From Takakia lepidozioides (lineage: Eukaryota; Plantae; Bryophyta): 64,000 bases of DNA. The DNA is taken from the NCBI GenBank assembly GCA_030704615.1, contig CM060733.1:35340001-35404000 (forward strand), read 5' to 3'. Numbering within the stretch: the first letter of the stretch is position 1; each line of letters starts with the position of its first letter. The notes beneath the pieces are model-generated. The model saw only the letters and a list, made by a program, of their open reading frames with translations, ran no database searches and had not been told where the DNA came from. A program made the translations under genes and the position numbers. Below are positions 1-11,473 of this stretch, piece after piece.

Positions 1-184
1 AGGCCTGTATTCTGCTCCAAGTTGTAAGCTTTGAAAGACAAGGATATTCATGGAATTAGTTGACTATCCAAATTCATTTGTTTTCTTCATGCAACCATGA
101 CACTGAACTGCTCTTTTTACATATTATACATTCACACATGTGCTCTTCTCATACACTGACATCTTGAACTGTTTTGGTCTATGG

Positions 185-2679
185 AATTAGGAAATTACTA
201 CTACAACTGAAGCTGTGGAGGCCGGGACGCTTGCAACCATTATTGACGACATTGATGCAGGGAATTGGGGGGCAGATGAGTATGAAGAGGATACAACATC
301 TAGTGATCCTCTTTCTCTAGATGCCAAACAGGCAATTATTCTGGAAAAGAAACAAGATCTGAATGTAACTTTCAGGTCCCTCCTCATTGAGGATGGAGTT
401 ATGGACATTCCATTGTGTCGCATGATTTCTATGCAGGTTGTTAGGCCCGCCCTTGCCAACGACATCCTAAAGCTTAGAGGAGACTTCTATTCTGGATACC
501 ATCCAGGAGCAGCCGTGTTCTATGTTTCTGTTGAGGGGATTGATGGATCTACTATAGATGTAGGTCCTGATATCATCTCTACATGGGATAGTCATTGGAA
601 AACAGTCAATGATGAGTTTGAGAAGTATCTTGAGTCCAAGCCAAAGTTGCATCATCTTCGGGGGAAGATGTTTCATGTCTGGGATGGGAATCATAGGCTT
701 CAAGCATGGTATCCCTATATCAATGAAGTTCATGGGGCCAACTTGTCAAGACATGTCTGTGTGACAAGTTGGGTGCTCAATGCGGACATTGAAAATCGTG
801 GTTCCCTCAGGTCCATCATGGATGGAGTGAATGTGTGAGTTTCCTTTCTATTCTTCATTTACTTTCATGTTCAATGTTGTCATGTTCTTGCTCAATGGAT
901 GTACATATACACATCTTCTTTCTAATGATCATATTTTATATGTGCAGGGCAACAGAGAGGGCACATGTTACATCCAAATTTGTGCACTTGGTTTGCAAGG
1001 TCAATATGATTGGCCTTACACCTGTCTCTGAATGGAAGAATGTATTGAGGAAAGAGCAATACGACGAATGCAGGAAAGACTTGGTATAACCTGACAGTCC
1101 ATGCAATGACAGAGATTTTGTACAAGGTAACATCATGTCTTAACCAAGTTTCATTCTTTGCATCCATAGACAAGATTCACCTCTGGTTCATGTTATGAAC
1201 TGTTTTGGTTCTTTTGGCAGCATGATATTGTTGAGGCCCAACGCATGGCGGGGGAAGCTTACAAACTTGCTGAGGGGCCAAAGAGTCAAGAGGGCCTTGA
1301 AGATACAATGAGACAGGCTGGATTGAAAGCAAGGGAGCAACACAAGAGTCAGCTTGTGAAGTTGCTTCCTATTGCTGATCCAACCCTTGGAGAGGGGTTT
1401 CTCCAAGAACTTAAACTGCATTGGTCACGTGTAAAGGCAGGATCAGAGGAAATGACCCAAGAGAAAATGGTGAACATTGCTACCGCCCGGGTGGATCCTG
1501 AAGAAAAGGTGGAATGGCTACATATATGGAATGGAGACCAAACACTTCACGACCATAATTTTTTTCCACCCGGGCCTATCAGTGGGCCAACACTTGATCC
1601 TTGGCTGAATAGAAGGACTTTTTGGTGGCAGGTACATATACAATCACTATCTTCTCAATGCAATTAATTCATTTTGTTGATGACACATTAACATAGTTAT
1701 TTAACTGACTGTATTTTCTGGCAGCTCCGCAAGGTTGCCTTGGCTCAGTTTGCCTTGTACACCACTCAGCTTGGCCAATTTCATGTTGCCTTGGAGGAAG
1801 GAGAGAGTGAGAGTCTGGGAGACTACATGGACACATGGAAGATGACTCATTTCAATGAGTTGTTTCATAGAGAGTTCTCATTGCCAAAGGGGCCATTCAG
1901 AGGCAATGATTGGGAACAACAAACAGGTGGTGAGACGGATTTTATTCAGGTACCATCTTTCCATTGCATTGTACATGGATAGTGTATACACCTTGTAAGT
2001 CAAAAATGTCTATGCTTCAAGTATTTTTCTAGTACATTGGGATATACATGTTCAATTGTTGAACAGGTTGCATAAATATTTGTCTCCACAATAACTTTGA
2101 ATGTGTTTCTATTTTAGGTACATGAGATTTGTGCTTGTACCGAGTGATCGACTTAAGGCTGAGCCCAAGTTTCTGATGGCCTGGAAGTTTGGTGCTCAAC
2201 AAGCTTCCATGTACACACCTGCAATTGAGGAAGATTGGGGTGTGGAACACCGGGAAGGGGGGGGTTGGTATTTGGATATGCCCAAGGGTACTATCCCCTA
2301 TGTAGAAATGGGACTTCATAAGGAATGTGTTCGCAGGCAGTCAATGAGTGATGAAGGGGGTATCTCCACTGAAGTCCCTGTTCTTGATCTGGAGCATGCA
2401 GAACAGATTGCCACACAGGCCGCTGACGCTGTAGCCCAAGTGGTCCCTGCCGTTGTGGGTGTACCAAAACGCAAATCACAAAAAAGAAAAGGTGCGGATG
2501 TCAATGCAGGTGTGGCCCCCAATGCAGGTGTGGCTTCTATTGCTGGTCCTATTGGTAGTTCTTCACATCCTTCAAATCAGTTGGTTGTAGTGCCTGCACC
2601 TACTACTCGAGGAAACAAGCCAAAGGCAGGCGAACATCCTTACAGTGCAGTGTCATTTTCTGGTGGTGCACCTAGCATG
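185..2679 (+). pseudogene. ParB-like/DNA-methyltransferase fusion gene, outer copy, 5' part (multi-exon, interrupted by the MULE at 2680)
   Basis: The exon at 215-834 has IPLCRMISMQVVRPAL...MFHVWDGNHRLQAW (ParB/Srx DGxHR motif). Later exons (~948-1126, ~1221-1631, ~1725-1949, ~2118-2679) align in order with the minus-strand copy at 5909-10854, e.g. KSQLVKLLPIADPTLG vs KSKLVKLVAIADPALG and WYLDMPKG vs WYLDMSGG. Introns are GT-AG. The 5' start probably lies before the window. Confidence 0.8.
2671..2679 (+). other. Left 9-bp target-site duplication CCTAGCATG
   Basis: An identical 9-mer lies at 18379-18387. Removing the insert restores the reading frame GGAPSM-YRMKIMPTHF. Confidence 0.92.
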
Positions 2680-2760
2680 GGCTGCTATTTCATGAGCCAT
2701 GAGCCATGAGCGGCATGAGCCATGAGCAGAGTCGTAAGTGTGGAAAAAAACATGAGCAGC
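2680..2760 (+). repeat. Left TIR with tandem CATGAGC motifs
   Basis: ggctgctatttcatgagccatgagccatgagcggcatgagccatgagc, mirrored at 18315-18378. Confidence 0.85.
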
Positions 2761-3138
2761 ACTATTTTCCGGAAATGAGTGTCCGCGGGAATAGGGTTTA
2801 GGGTGCCACAGTCATAGGGGGAGAAGGACCTCCCGATGAAGGAGGTTCGGCAATGTTATTTAGAATTATATATTGAAAGGCAATGTTTCGCGAATGGTAG
2901 GGTGGTACTGCTCTGTACAATGGGGGCCCATTTCAGCCTACCAGCCACTTGCAAAATCCACCCACACTCCCAATCCCAAACGAAATGAGCAATGACGCAT
3001 TCTCGGAACGATGGACACAGAATAGAATAAAAAGAGGGCACAATGAGGTTTTTATTGATCCACATGAATTGCATTTGAAGCACGTCTACTGTGCTGATTG
3101 TGCCATCAAATCTTGAGCCTGTGCCTACTGAATACAAG

Positions 3139-3702
3139 TCACGTTGTCAATGGGACTTCGACTGCTCTCAGAACTAGCTCATGAGTCATGGGGCTCCTCC
3201 ATGTAAAGTCGATTGCAGCCGTTGTACCGCCCCTAGTGATGTTCACCACAATGTCCTGCCCTTCAATCATACCACCATCGAATATGGAAATCTTCACGTT
3301 TTCGTCGTCCACACCAATGCGAATGTCCCCATACAATGGAGAAGAGGAGCGCACTCCTTGAGGAGAATAGGTCTCTCCGATGGAGTCCACCCACGTCCAG
3401 TGGCAGCAGTTCCACCGCAACAGCATAGCAGTGCGCCTTCTTCTGCATGGGTGACCGTCGTAGCTGGGAAAATCGGAATCGAGGATGCGCAGGAGCCACG
3501 GACTCCTCAGACCAAGATCGTCACCCCGCTCGAAGGCGTAGTGGCCTACGATATACTCAAAAGCCACCAATGTTTCCACAATCGAACCAGTATCTTCTCT
3601 GTAATCTGTGTACCAGATAACAATGTCTCCCGATGTGGCCGAATACATTGCATAATCGATGCCTCCAAATGGGCAGTCGTCCCGGTTCCGGAAGCACGGC
3701 AT
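3139..3702 (-). CDS. Orphan MULE cargo protein X1 (187 aa)
   Basis: Intronless ORF with full-length similarity to 4252-4830: DCP..G.DYAM...SGDI..W, RWNCC.WT, YGDIR, DGG.I.G.DIVV, ELVLR..EVP. Confidence 0.75.
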   Translation of the reverse strand: MPCFRNRDDCPFGGIDYAMYSATSGDIVIWYTDYREDTGSIVETLVAFEYIVGHYAFERGDDLGLRSPWLLRILDSDFPSYDGHPCRRRRTAMLLRWNCCHWTWVDSIGETYSPQGVRSSSPLYGDIRIGVDDENVKISIFDGGMIEGQDIVVNITRGGTTAAIDFTWRSPMTHELVLRAVEVPLTT

Positions 3703-4251
3703 CCTTGCAAAGGAGGACCTGAGGACGACTTGGATGCCGATGACCTTGCGGACAGCTACGAAGCCCTTAGATTTTGGAAATGATGCGAAGCGGAAGAGCA
3801 GTCGGCCTCCAATAATGGAGCATCTGGGTCACACGTACCCACCGACGGAGGTGGAACGTGTTCATCACGCTAGCGGTGGATGAACCCATACATCTTTCTC
3901 ATCAACAAGTTATAGTTTGAGATCTGCCACCGAAGTCCATCCCCCCGGATGGAAATTCGGCGCCGCATTTACATCGAAGAGGGGATGGACTTCGTCGTGT
4001 CCAGTGGCTATCGGCCCACCTGGCAGTGACTGCCCATAGTTTGCATGGCAGGGTAGGAAACTGAAACGGCTACATTCATGCAGCAGCCAATCTTCATCGG
4101 TCCAGGATCCTGTAGGGGGGAAATTTAAATGTGCCCTGGAGTGTTTGTGAGGAATTGCAGCGTTAGCTTGAACTTTTTCCAGCCACCGCGCTGCTCCTCC
4201 TCCATCCGGGAGCTGCTGTCATTGAGCGTACTCCGCTACTCTTTTTCAAGG

Positions 4252-4830
4252 ATGTCGTGCCGCCAAAATCCAGCCGACTGCCCTTATCATGGCCACGATT
4301 ATGCTATGTTCAAACCAGAATCAGGAGACATCATTGTCTGGCTCTCTGTTTTCACAAACGCTGCTGGAATCAAGCAAGAGTCTTTGCGCGCAATGGAGTA
4401 TCTGGAGGGCTATTACCGCTTTGAGCGAGGTGAGGGCGAGGGTCAATGCGGTCCGTGGGTCCTGAAAATTGTTGACCTCGATATACCAAGCTGGAAAGGG
4501 ATGCCGGATAGATCAGGCACGGCCTCGCTTTGGCGCTGGAACTGCTGCCAGTGGACCAGGGAGGACGGCACCGGGGAAAACTATATACGTGCAGATCACT
4601 CCGCTCTTCCAGTGTATGGAGACATTCGGCTGAGTTGCGAAGACGAATCGCACGGGCACATGAGGCCCACAGTGACCTTGTCAATGTATGATGGTGGTAT
4701 CATTGATGGACATGACATTGTCGTCGGCTCCAGCAAGGGCAGCAGAATGACCGAATTGCAGTTTACCTCGAGGTGCCGCAGCAGTGATGAGCTTGTTTTG
4801 AGGGGTATCGAAGTTCCGTCGACTTGGTGA
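4252..4830 (+). CDS. Orphan MULE cargo protein X2 (192 aa), paralogue of X1
   Basis: ATG at 4252 (MSCRQNPADCPYHGHDYAMF...) aligns with the X1 start. Both ORFs are open despite nucleotide divergence. Confidence 0.75.
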   Translation: MSCRQNPADCPYHGHDYAMFKPESGDIIVWLSVFTNAAGIKQESLRAMEYLEGYYRFERGEGEGQCGPWVLKIVDLDIPSWKGMPDRSGTASLWRWNCCQWTREDGTGENYIRADHSALPVYGDIRLSCEDESHGHMRPTVTLSMYDGGIIDGHDIVVGSSKGSRMTELQFTSRCRSSDELVLRGIEVPSTW

Positions 4831-5087
4831 AGCCCATGTAGAAGGAGGAAGGGCTTAGTTTTGTCTGCAGTTGGTAAATGTGAGACATCGTGTCCGATCA
4901 ATAAACCCATCGTACCTCACTTCTGTATGATTGTGTTTCATTCTGTTGAATAACTGTCGGAATTGGCCCACTGTTTACAATTTGATGTCTCATTTCTACA
5001 ATGTGTCTGTCCGGATGAATATAGCAGAGTAACCGGTATGTGAGTCATGTGTCAAGAATATACCAGAGTAACGCCATGTCGGACATT

Positions 5088-5770
5088 GAAATGCGGCGCC
5101 GCATTTCCATGTCGGACAAGAAATGCGGTGCATCATTTCCGTCCAGGTACACGAAATACCAACACGGGTCTATAAATTGGTCAGAAAACGAGGTTGGCAT
5201 TGCAAATGCGGCGACGCATTTCCAGCTTGGCAATGGAAACTTCTTTTTGGACAAGGGAATGCGGTGCCGCATTTCCGTACAACACTTCGAAAAGTGTGAC
5301 ATTTCCGACCAGCGCGATGGAATGCGTTACCGCATTTCCGAGAGAGGGTCTGCAAATGGACAAATTGCGATGTCCGTTCTGGAAATGCGGCGCCGCATTT
5401 CCATGTCCGTCATCGATTTTTTTTACAATGGAATGCGGTGCCAATTTTTGCTGATGGGCCTGCAGTTCGAACAACGACCATCCCCAATATGAAATGCGGC
5501 ACCGCATTTTCAATTCCGCCATCTCGACCTCCTTGTTCGACCTCTGTAAGCGTGGTGGCATCCATGCAATGAGCGGGAGAGGCCAAAACTGGCGTGTGGA
5601 CAAAGGAAATTTTGGAAATGCGGCACCGCATTTCCAATTCAGATTACTTTTTACTATGCCAACATTGAAATGGAAAATTTAGTCCCTCCCCTGTTTTGGA
5701 AATGCGGTGCCGCATTTCCAAAAGAGGTTCTTAGAGTTGCCAAAATTTTGGAAATGCGGTGCCCCATTTC
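5088..5770. repeat. Cluster of ~11 GAAATGCGG-YR-CCGCATTTC palindromes
   Basis: Copies near 5088, 5204, 5257, 5320, 5381, 5491, 5615, 5699 and 5751, some imperfect. Confidence 0.9.
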
Positions 5771-5908
5771 TGATTTTGGGAGCGTCGTGGTTTGAGGCGA
5801 TTGTGTGGCTGGAATGCACACTGGAGAGGGGTCACGAATGTCTGGCAGAATTTCCTTTATATACTCTGGAAGAGAATTTACATTTACAGAGACTTCATTA
5901 AAATTCTA

Positions 5909-8900
5909 TTAATCTTGAAAATCATCCGAATCCTCATCCTGTTCTAGACTGTCCTGCTCCGCCTCCACCCCCTCAGTGCCTTTCTCATCTCCAGCGGACT
6001 GCTCGTTGGCCAGGCTTTCGAAAATCCCATCTTCCCCTTGCGGAACTGTCCATCTCACCTCCGTTGGGTCGTCTTCCTCCCTGTCTGCGTCGCTCTCATC
6101 CGCTGAATCACATATGTACTTTCGTACCCGTCTACCTGTCTGAGCTGCTGCCAACTCTTTCCTTATCCTTCTGTCCTCCCTAGCCCTCTCCAAAATCTGC
6201 TCTACTTTACTGGGATTCTCACTTCTTCTAATCGCTGTATTTGCGAGTTTAGCTGCATAACTAGGAAGGGAGTAGTCCCTCACCGGGCTCGTCATGAAGT
6301 CGGCCCTCGCAAAGAACGGGACATTCTTCCTGGCAGGAAGTGTAGGCCCTACATGTTTCGACCCGGACCCTGCAATCCTGCACATGACAATCATCAACGA
6401 GACTAATGAGAACCACAGTCGGGAAATTCGTTTGACATAAATGACCCAGAAGGCTTTGCAAACTTACAATGTTTGCACTCACTCGTATTCCGGGTTCTCC
6501 TCCGCATCAATGTCCACTGTGTCTTCCTCGGACTCCGACGAATCCGAGGAGACTTCCGCTCTGTCGGGAGCCTTAACATTCCGTTGCAGCCCTTCCAGAT
6601 GGGATCCCCACACGGATGAATCCTCCTCGTAGGCAAAGAGGTGCCGGTCGGAAAACCGCCCAGCCCACATTGAGGCACCTGTTACAATGCCATCCACACA
6701 TTACCACATGGCGCTTCAGATGTTGCGAACTACATCCTAACGAGAATTTGCAGAACAGCATAGATCAAGATTCTGCATACCTGTCCCACAGATGAGGTCG
6801 AGCACTGTGCCCTCCACGTCTGTGCATGTCTCCATAATTGTCTGAATGAAGGCAGGGCTCCGAGTCCGTGAGTACCGCAGGGGTTCCGTTGAAGTGAGGC
6901 TATGAGGGAGAAGTTCCTTGGGAACGTTGTTGAACAGAACGTCGTAATCGAGTGGGTCGCAGTTCGGGTCAACCTTTCCTCCCTCCTTCCGGAAAGCAAA
7001 GGTGGAGTTCTCCTTCACAAAGCAGTATGCATCGAACTGCTTCGTCTGCATACACAGGGGGAAAACGATTAGAAACCGAATGCGGCACCGCATTTGAAAA
7101 CACCCAAGCAAATGAATGGACGAGTGCCAGTGTCGTAATCACCTTCTTCCCTTCCGACCGAAGGCCCAGTGTGTTGATGCACGTCCACTTCTTTTTCAGA
7201 ATCGGGACGGCGCTCTTGCGGGTCCACTTCGCAATTCCTGTCTGAGTGTTTTTTCCTCTGCTCGCCAGGACAACCACACAGCCTCTGTCGTCCAACACCA
7301 TGCGGGCAAGCCCGAATCCTTTCTTCCAAAAGTCCTCCGAGTACCTGTTCCAAGATGGCAAAGCTTGCAGTCCTTCCACAGGCTCTCCGTCCGGAATATC
7401 CAAGATGATCATATCGCAAGACCACTCGGTGGCATTTCCGCCCCTCCTACAATCCTTGTCTGCACACACCCTCTCAAAGAACGAGACCATATTCTGAAAT
7501 CCTGGGGTGTCGGAAGGCTCTTCGGCAGTCGCCTTCTTCAGTGCTCTGCCCTTCAGACCCTCCATGGTCTTCATGTATGCCAACTTGGCTGCCCGTCCAT
7601 CCAAAGCCGCCAAGAAACTCTCATTTACACACTGGACTACTGTTTCGGGAGCCACTTTCGGCCTCTTCATTTCCACCGGCTCGAAAGGGTGCCCCCCTGG
7701 GGGGTTGAAGAGTGCCTTCTTTGCCGAGCCAGTTCTCGTGCCTCTCGTGACAACGGTGGGCACAGGGGAGGCAGCCTGCGTTTGGGGGGGTGGGCTGGTT
7801 GCAAAGTCTCCATCGGAGTCCTCTTCCTCACCCTCTTCCTGAACAGGCTGTTTCTGCTTCTTCGTTTTGGCGGGTGTCACAACAGCTGCTCCTTGCTGGC
7901 GAGTCCTCTTCTTCGACCCCTTCTGTTGGGCCTGCACAGCTGCATCCACCGTCTTTTGTGCCATCTCAGCTGCCTTTCTGGATTCTTCCAGAGCAGCAGA
8001 TTCCTTTGCCGACTTTGGCCCAGCAGGGACACGTCTTTCCTTTCTCTTCTCTTCTGCCAAGGCGTGCAGATCTTTCTCAGACTCGTCAACAATACCGCCA
8101 GACATGTCCAGGTACCACGGGCATCCAACGAGATGCGCGGGATGCCATTGTTTCTGCATCTCGGGTGTGTAGACACAGCTTGGGCCCGCCACGGTCCAAG
8201 CCATGAAGAACGGGGGCTCTTGAGCCAGGGCCCCTGTCTGAAGGAGCACGTATTTCATATACCTGCAAGGCAGTCAGCATGCGTGAGCAAAAGTTGAGAC
8301 CAACCTACTCGCAGAGTGCCACCGAAAACATAAAATGCGAATGCGGTGCCGCATTTCCGAGACAAACCTCGTAACCAGGCTTCGCATACAAGGGCAGCTG
8401 TGCTTCACCTGTAAACAATTCGCATTGCAGCTTTCCCCGCTCCCTCCTGATGTGTAAACTCCACGCTCCTTCTTGCTGTCTGTAGCTCTCTGGCGAAAAG
8501 GTTGTCCTTGTACGCACATCTGAAACGTGTCACGTAGTCTTCCAATGTCTGTGTTCCATCCCATTTGACGTACAAGCCGAACGAATTTGTGTGCATTACG
8601 ACTTGCTCCTTCGCATTCGACATTACCTGCGATTCCCAAATGCATTGTCACGTAGCAGTTCAGGGAATTCATTTCAGAAAAGCAAATCTGGGGAAGTACC
8701 TTGAATTACCTGGAACCACCAAGTCATACGGTTGAGCCACACATCCACTGCAGGGTCGGAAACTTCGAGTGGAAAAGACCACATTGTCCTTATGCTCTCG
8801 GATGCATTCCAGATCGACAGCCACCGTGTCTGCCATTTCCGATCCAATGTCAGGAGCTGGAAGAGAGTGGCTATTGCTAGGAAGGAACTTCAGTGCATTG

Positions 8901-10854
8901 AAACCTCACCTTCTCTTTCGCCTCCACACATGCCGTTGAGAGGTGATGCAGTTTCTCCAATTGCATGGTCGGCTGCATGGCCCGAGAATAGTGTTTTGCA
9001 ATCTCGGGGATGAAGTCCTTTCCAAGTGCCGGATCTGCAATTGCCACCAGCTTCACAAGCTTTGACTTGTATTTGGTTCTGGACTTGACACCGGCTTCCT
9101 TCAAGTGCTCAGTCAATGACTGCAACGTTTTGACCTGCCCCTCACTTTCCATGAAGAAGCGTTTGGCATGGGCCAAATCCAGCTTGATGTTTGACTGCCA
9201 ACAAAAACATGCAGAAGCGTTACATTCGATTCATGTGGAAACATTACTGAAAATTGGGGAAGGATGAGCAGAGGGAAATTGGAGGACGACTTACTTCGTA
9301 TATCACCTCCACCATTCCATCCATAGTGAGACGATACCATGTCCGGTCTGTTTTTGCAACGGCTTTCTGAATGAGCTCGGGCTCCAGCATTTCCGCAAAC
9401 ATCTGCGGATCAGTGAGACCAGTTTTCCTCACCCTGTACAGCATGCATGTGCCATGTGGGTATGCACGTACGCATTCTCAGTGACCCTGCAAGGCACACT
9501 CTCCAGTTCAGTACACGGAAGCACGGAAACAAACCAGAATGGAAACCGAAATGCGGCACCGCATTTCGAACGTGCTAGGGAGGGTATGAGTATCTTACGA
9601 GTTGAGGTCCGCCATGGCATTCTTGAGCAGGGAGGAGTCTGCCGCCTTCACCTTGAGGATGACACACTCCACCATGTAATGCCAGCCAATGTGCTTGGCA
9701 TGGTTCTGCTTGATGTACTCCCACCAGGCGAGAAGTCGGTGATTCCCGTCCCACACAAAGAACATTTTACCCGACATATGGCCGAAGTCTGGATCACCCT
9801 TCAGCGTCGCCTCGAATTCGTCGTTGCGAGTGTGCCAGTGGGTATCCCACGTTGACAATTCATCGGCAGTGGGTCCACGAGTTTCGCCGTCCTCATTCTC
9901 AATGGAAACGTAAAACGCTGCCGATCCCAGACGGTACCCTTCTCGAAATGCGAACTTGAGCTTATCCACATCTCCGGGAAGGGCCTGCCTGACGATGGGA
10001 AGGGAGACCATGCGACAGAGTGGGATTCGAAGAGTCCGCTGGAATACCCTGCTGCCCAGAACTCTGCCAATGCTACTGTGTGTCTCCTCCAACATTTTAT
10101 CCGCTGCACTTTTGAAATCCTCCGGAGACATGTCTGTAGGTGCCGGTAGTGGCTGAGCAGCTGGAGCATCCTCAACTGGAGCTGCACTCTGGGGCCTGTC
10201 TGCGGGCAATTCTGCCATTGCAGAGGCCTCCTCCGGGCCTGCTTGCTCATCGGTGGTGAGGTCTTGCTGCGAACGTTGAGCGGCAGCACCCTCCTCCGGT
10301 ACCAAATCGAGATCAACGGTCGATCCCATTGCCTTCGCTGCAGCAGAGTCGGCCCCAACATCTGCAGGCGGGAAATCCTCCAGGAACTGAGCTTCAGCTC
10401 GTGGAAGCGGTTTTGCGGGAGATTGTTCGCCCGTCGCCCTGATTGCCTTCTGCTTCCTCATCCTTGCAGGTGAAGGTGTCTGCTGCAATTGAATCTGTCT
10501 TCTACCCTGCTGCTTCATTCGCGTTGGGGGGGGTGAATCGGCCTGAGCCGGTTCAGAAGCCAGTAGAGGGACGGGCTGCTTCTTCTTCGACTTTGCTGGA
10601 GAAGGGCCCGACCCCTGCTGGCGATTCTCCATGACCGAAGAACGCGAGTCGATCTCTGGGACTTTGAACTTGCCCTTCGAAGACGCGTCTTTGAATCGCA
10701 CAGGGCTAGGCCCGGCAGGAATACCCGCGCTCGGGGATCGGGTGGGTGTACGTGCTGCAGCTAGCTCCTCGGACTCTTCCTGCGGCTCTTCGGATTCCTG
10801 CGATCCCTCCAGCACGTCCACCTTTCCTGTTAGGCATGCAAACATGTTCTGCAT
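5909..10854 (-). CDS. ParB/Srx-like domain + beta-class N6A/N4C DNA methyltransferase-like fusion gene (multi-exon; apparent 2-nt frameshift near 9445)
   Basis: ParB-like part: LRIPLCRMVSLPIVRQAL...FFVWDGNHRLLAW (~9736-9750). MTase motifs in beta order: CDMIILDIPDG (motif IV position, 7389-7400), RMVLDDRGCVVV (cf. RVLKPGG), RSPAFIQTIMETCTDVEGTVLDLICGTG (motifs X/I, ~6781-6870), and after an intron ASMWAGRFSDRHLFAYEED (cf. AA..GR..IG.E.D). GT-AG introns, e.g. 9487-9598. The 5' end is uncertain; there may be an upstream exon at ~10916-11120. Confidence 0.82.
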
Positions 10855-11473
10855 TCAAGTCTCCTAGCATTCAGTCTAAGAATTACAGAAGCAAAATGGG
10901 GGGTTCGGTGCTCGATCAGCTGCGCGCAGCCCGATCGCATGGAGCTCTCACTGGTGGCTGGGTTGCCTGAGTGGCCTGCTGCTCGGAGATGGCAATCTCC
11001 TCCTGTAGACGCATCTGCTTCCTCCCCTTCGGCATTGGCCTACGTCCGAAGTATAATTTCCGGAGCTTGCGACGAGGTCTCCTGTCTGGTGCACGAACTC
11101 CCCCCCTCTCAGGTTCGAGCATAAGAAGAACAGAGAGAGGGAAAAGGGGCAAAGAGTGCAGATGGAAAGGGCGCGAGAGGGGTGACTGAGGAGACACGAC
11201 AAAAGTAGATGAAACGGCGGTGATGCACCACTTGGGTTCGAAAGGGTTGGACGAAAGTGTCTCCTCGTGGAGTTTGCGTCATTACGAAATTCGAATCGTT
11301 GAGGGTACGCCTGCCGTCCGAAAAACAAACATCATTATCCAACGGTCAGGCCGCGCCGCCTCATGCCCCTTCAGTCAGATAGAGTGCCGACATGTGCAGC
11401 AATTCCGTTGCTCCACGTGTTCACATTTCAAGGTATTTCCGTCCCAGCGTCTGATCAGTTGGAGCGAAAATGC

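Noticed and set aside
7116-8297. 393-aa plus-strand ORF and other antisense ORFs (e.g. 3181-3783, 14642-15241)
   Set aside because: Shadows of real opposite-strand coding sequence, with no motifs or homologues in the paralogous copies.
5909-10854. Bacterial or phage contamination explaining ParB-MTase
   Set aside because: The gene has multiple spliceosomal GT-AG introns shared with a second copy and lies within a TSD-flanked eukaryotic transposon.
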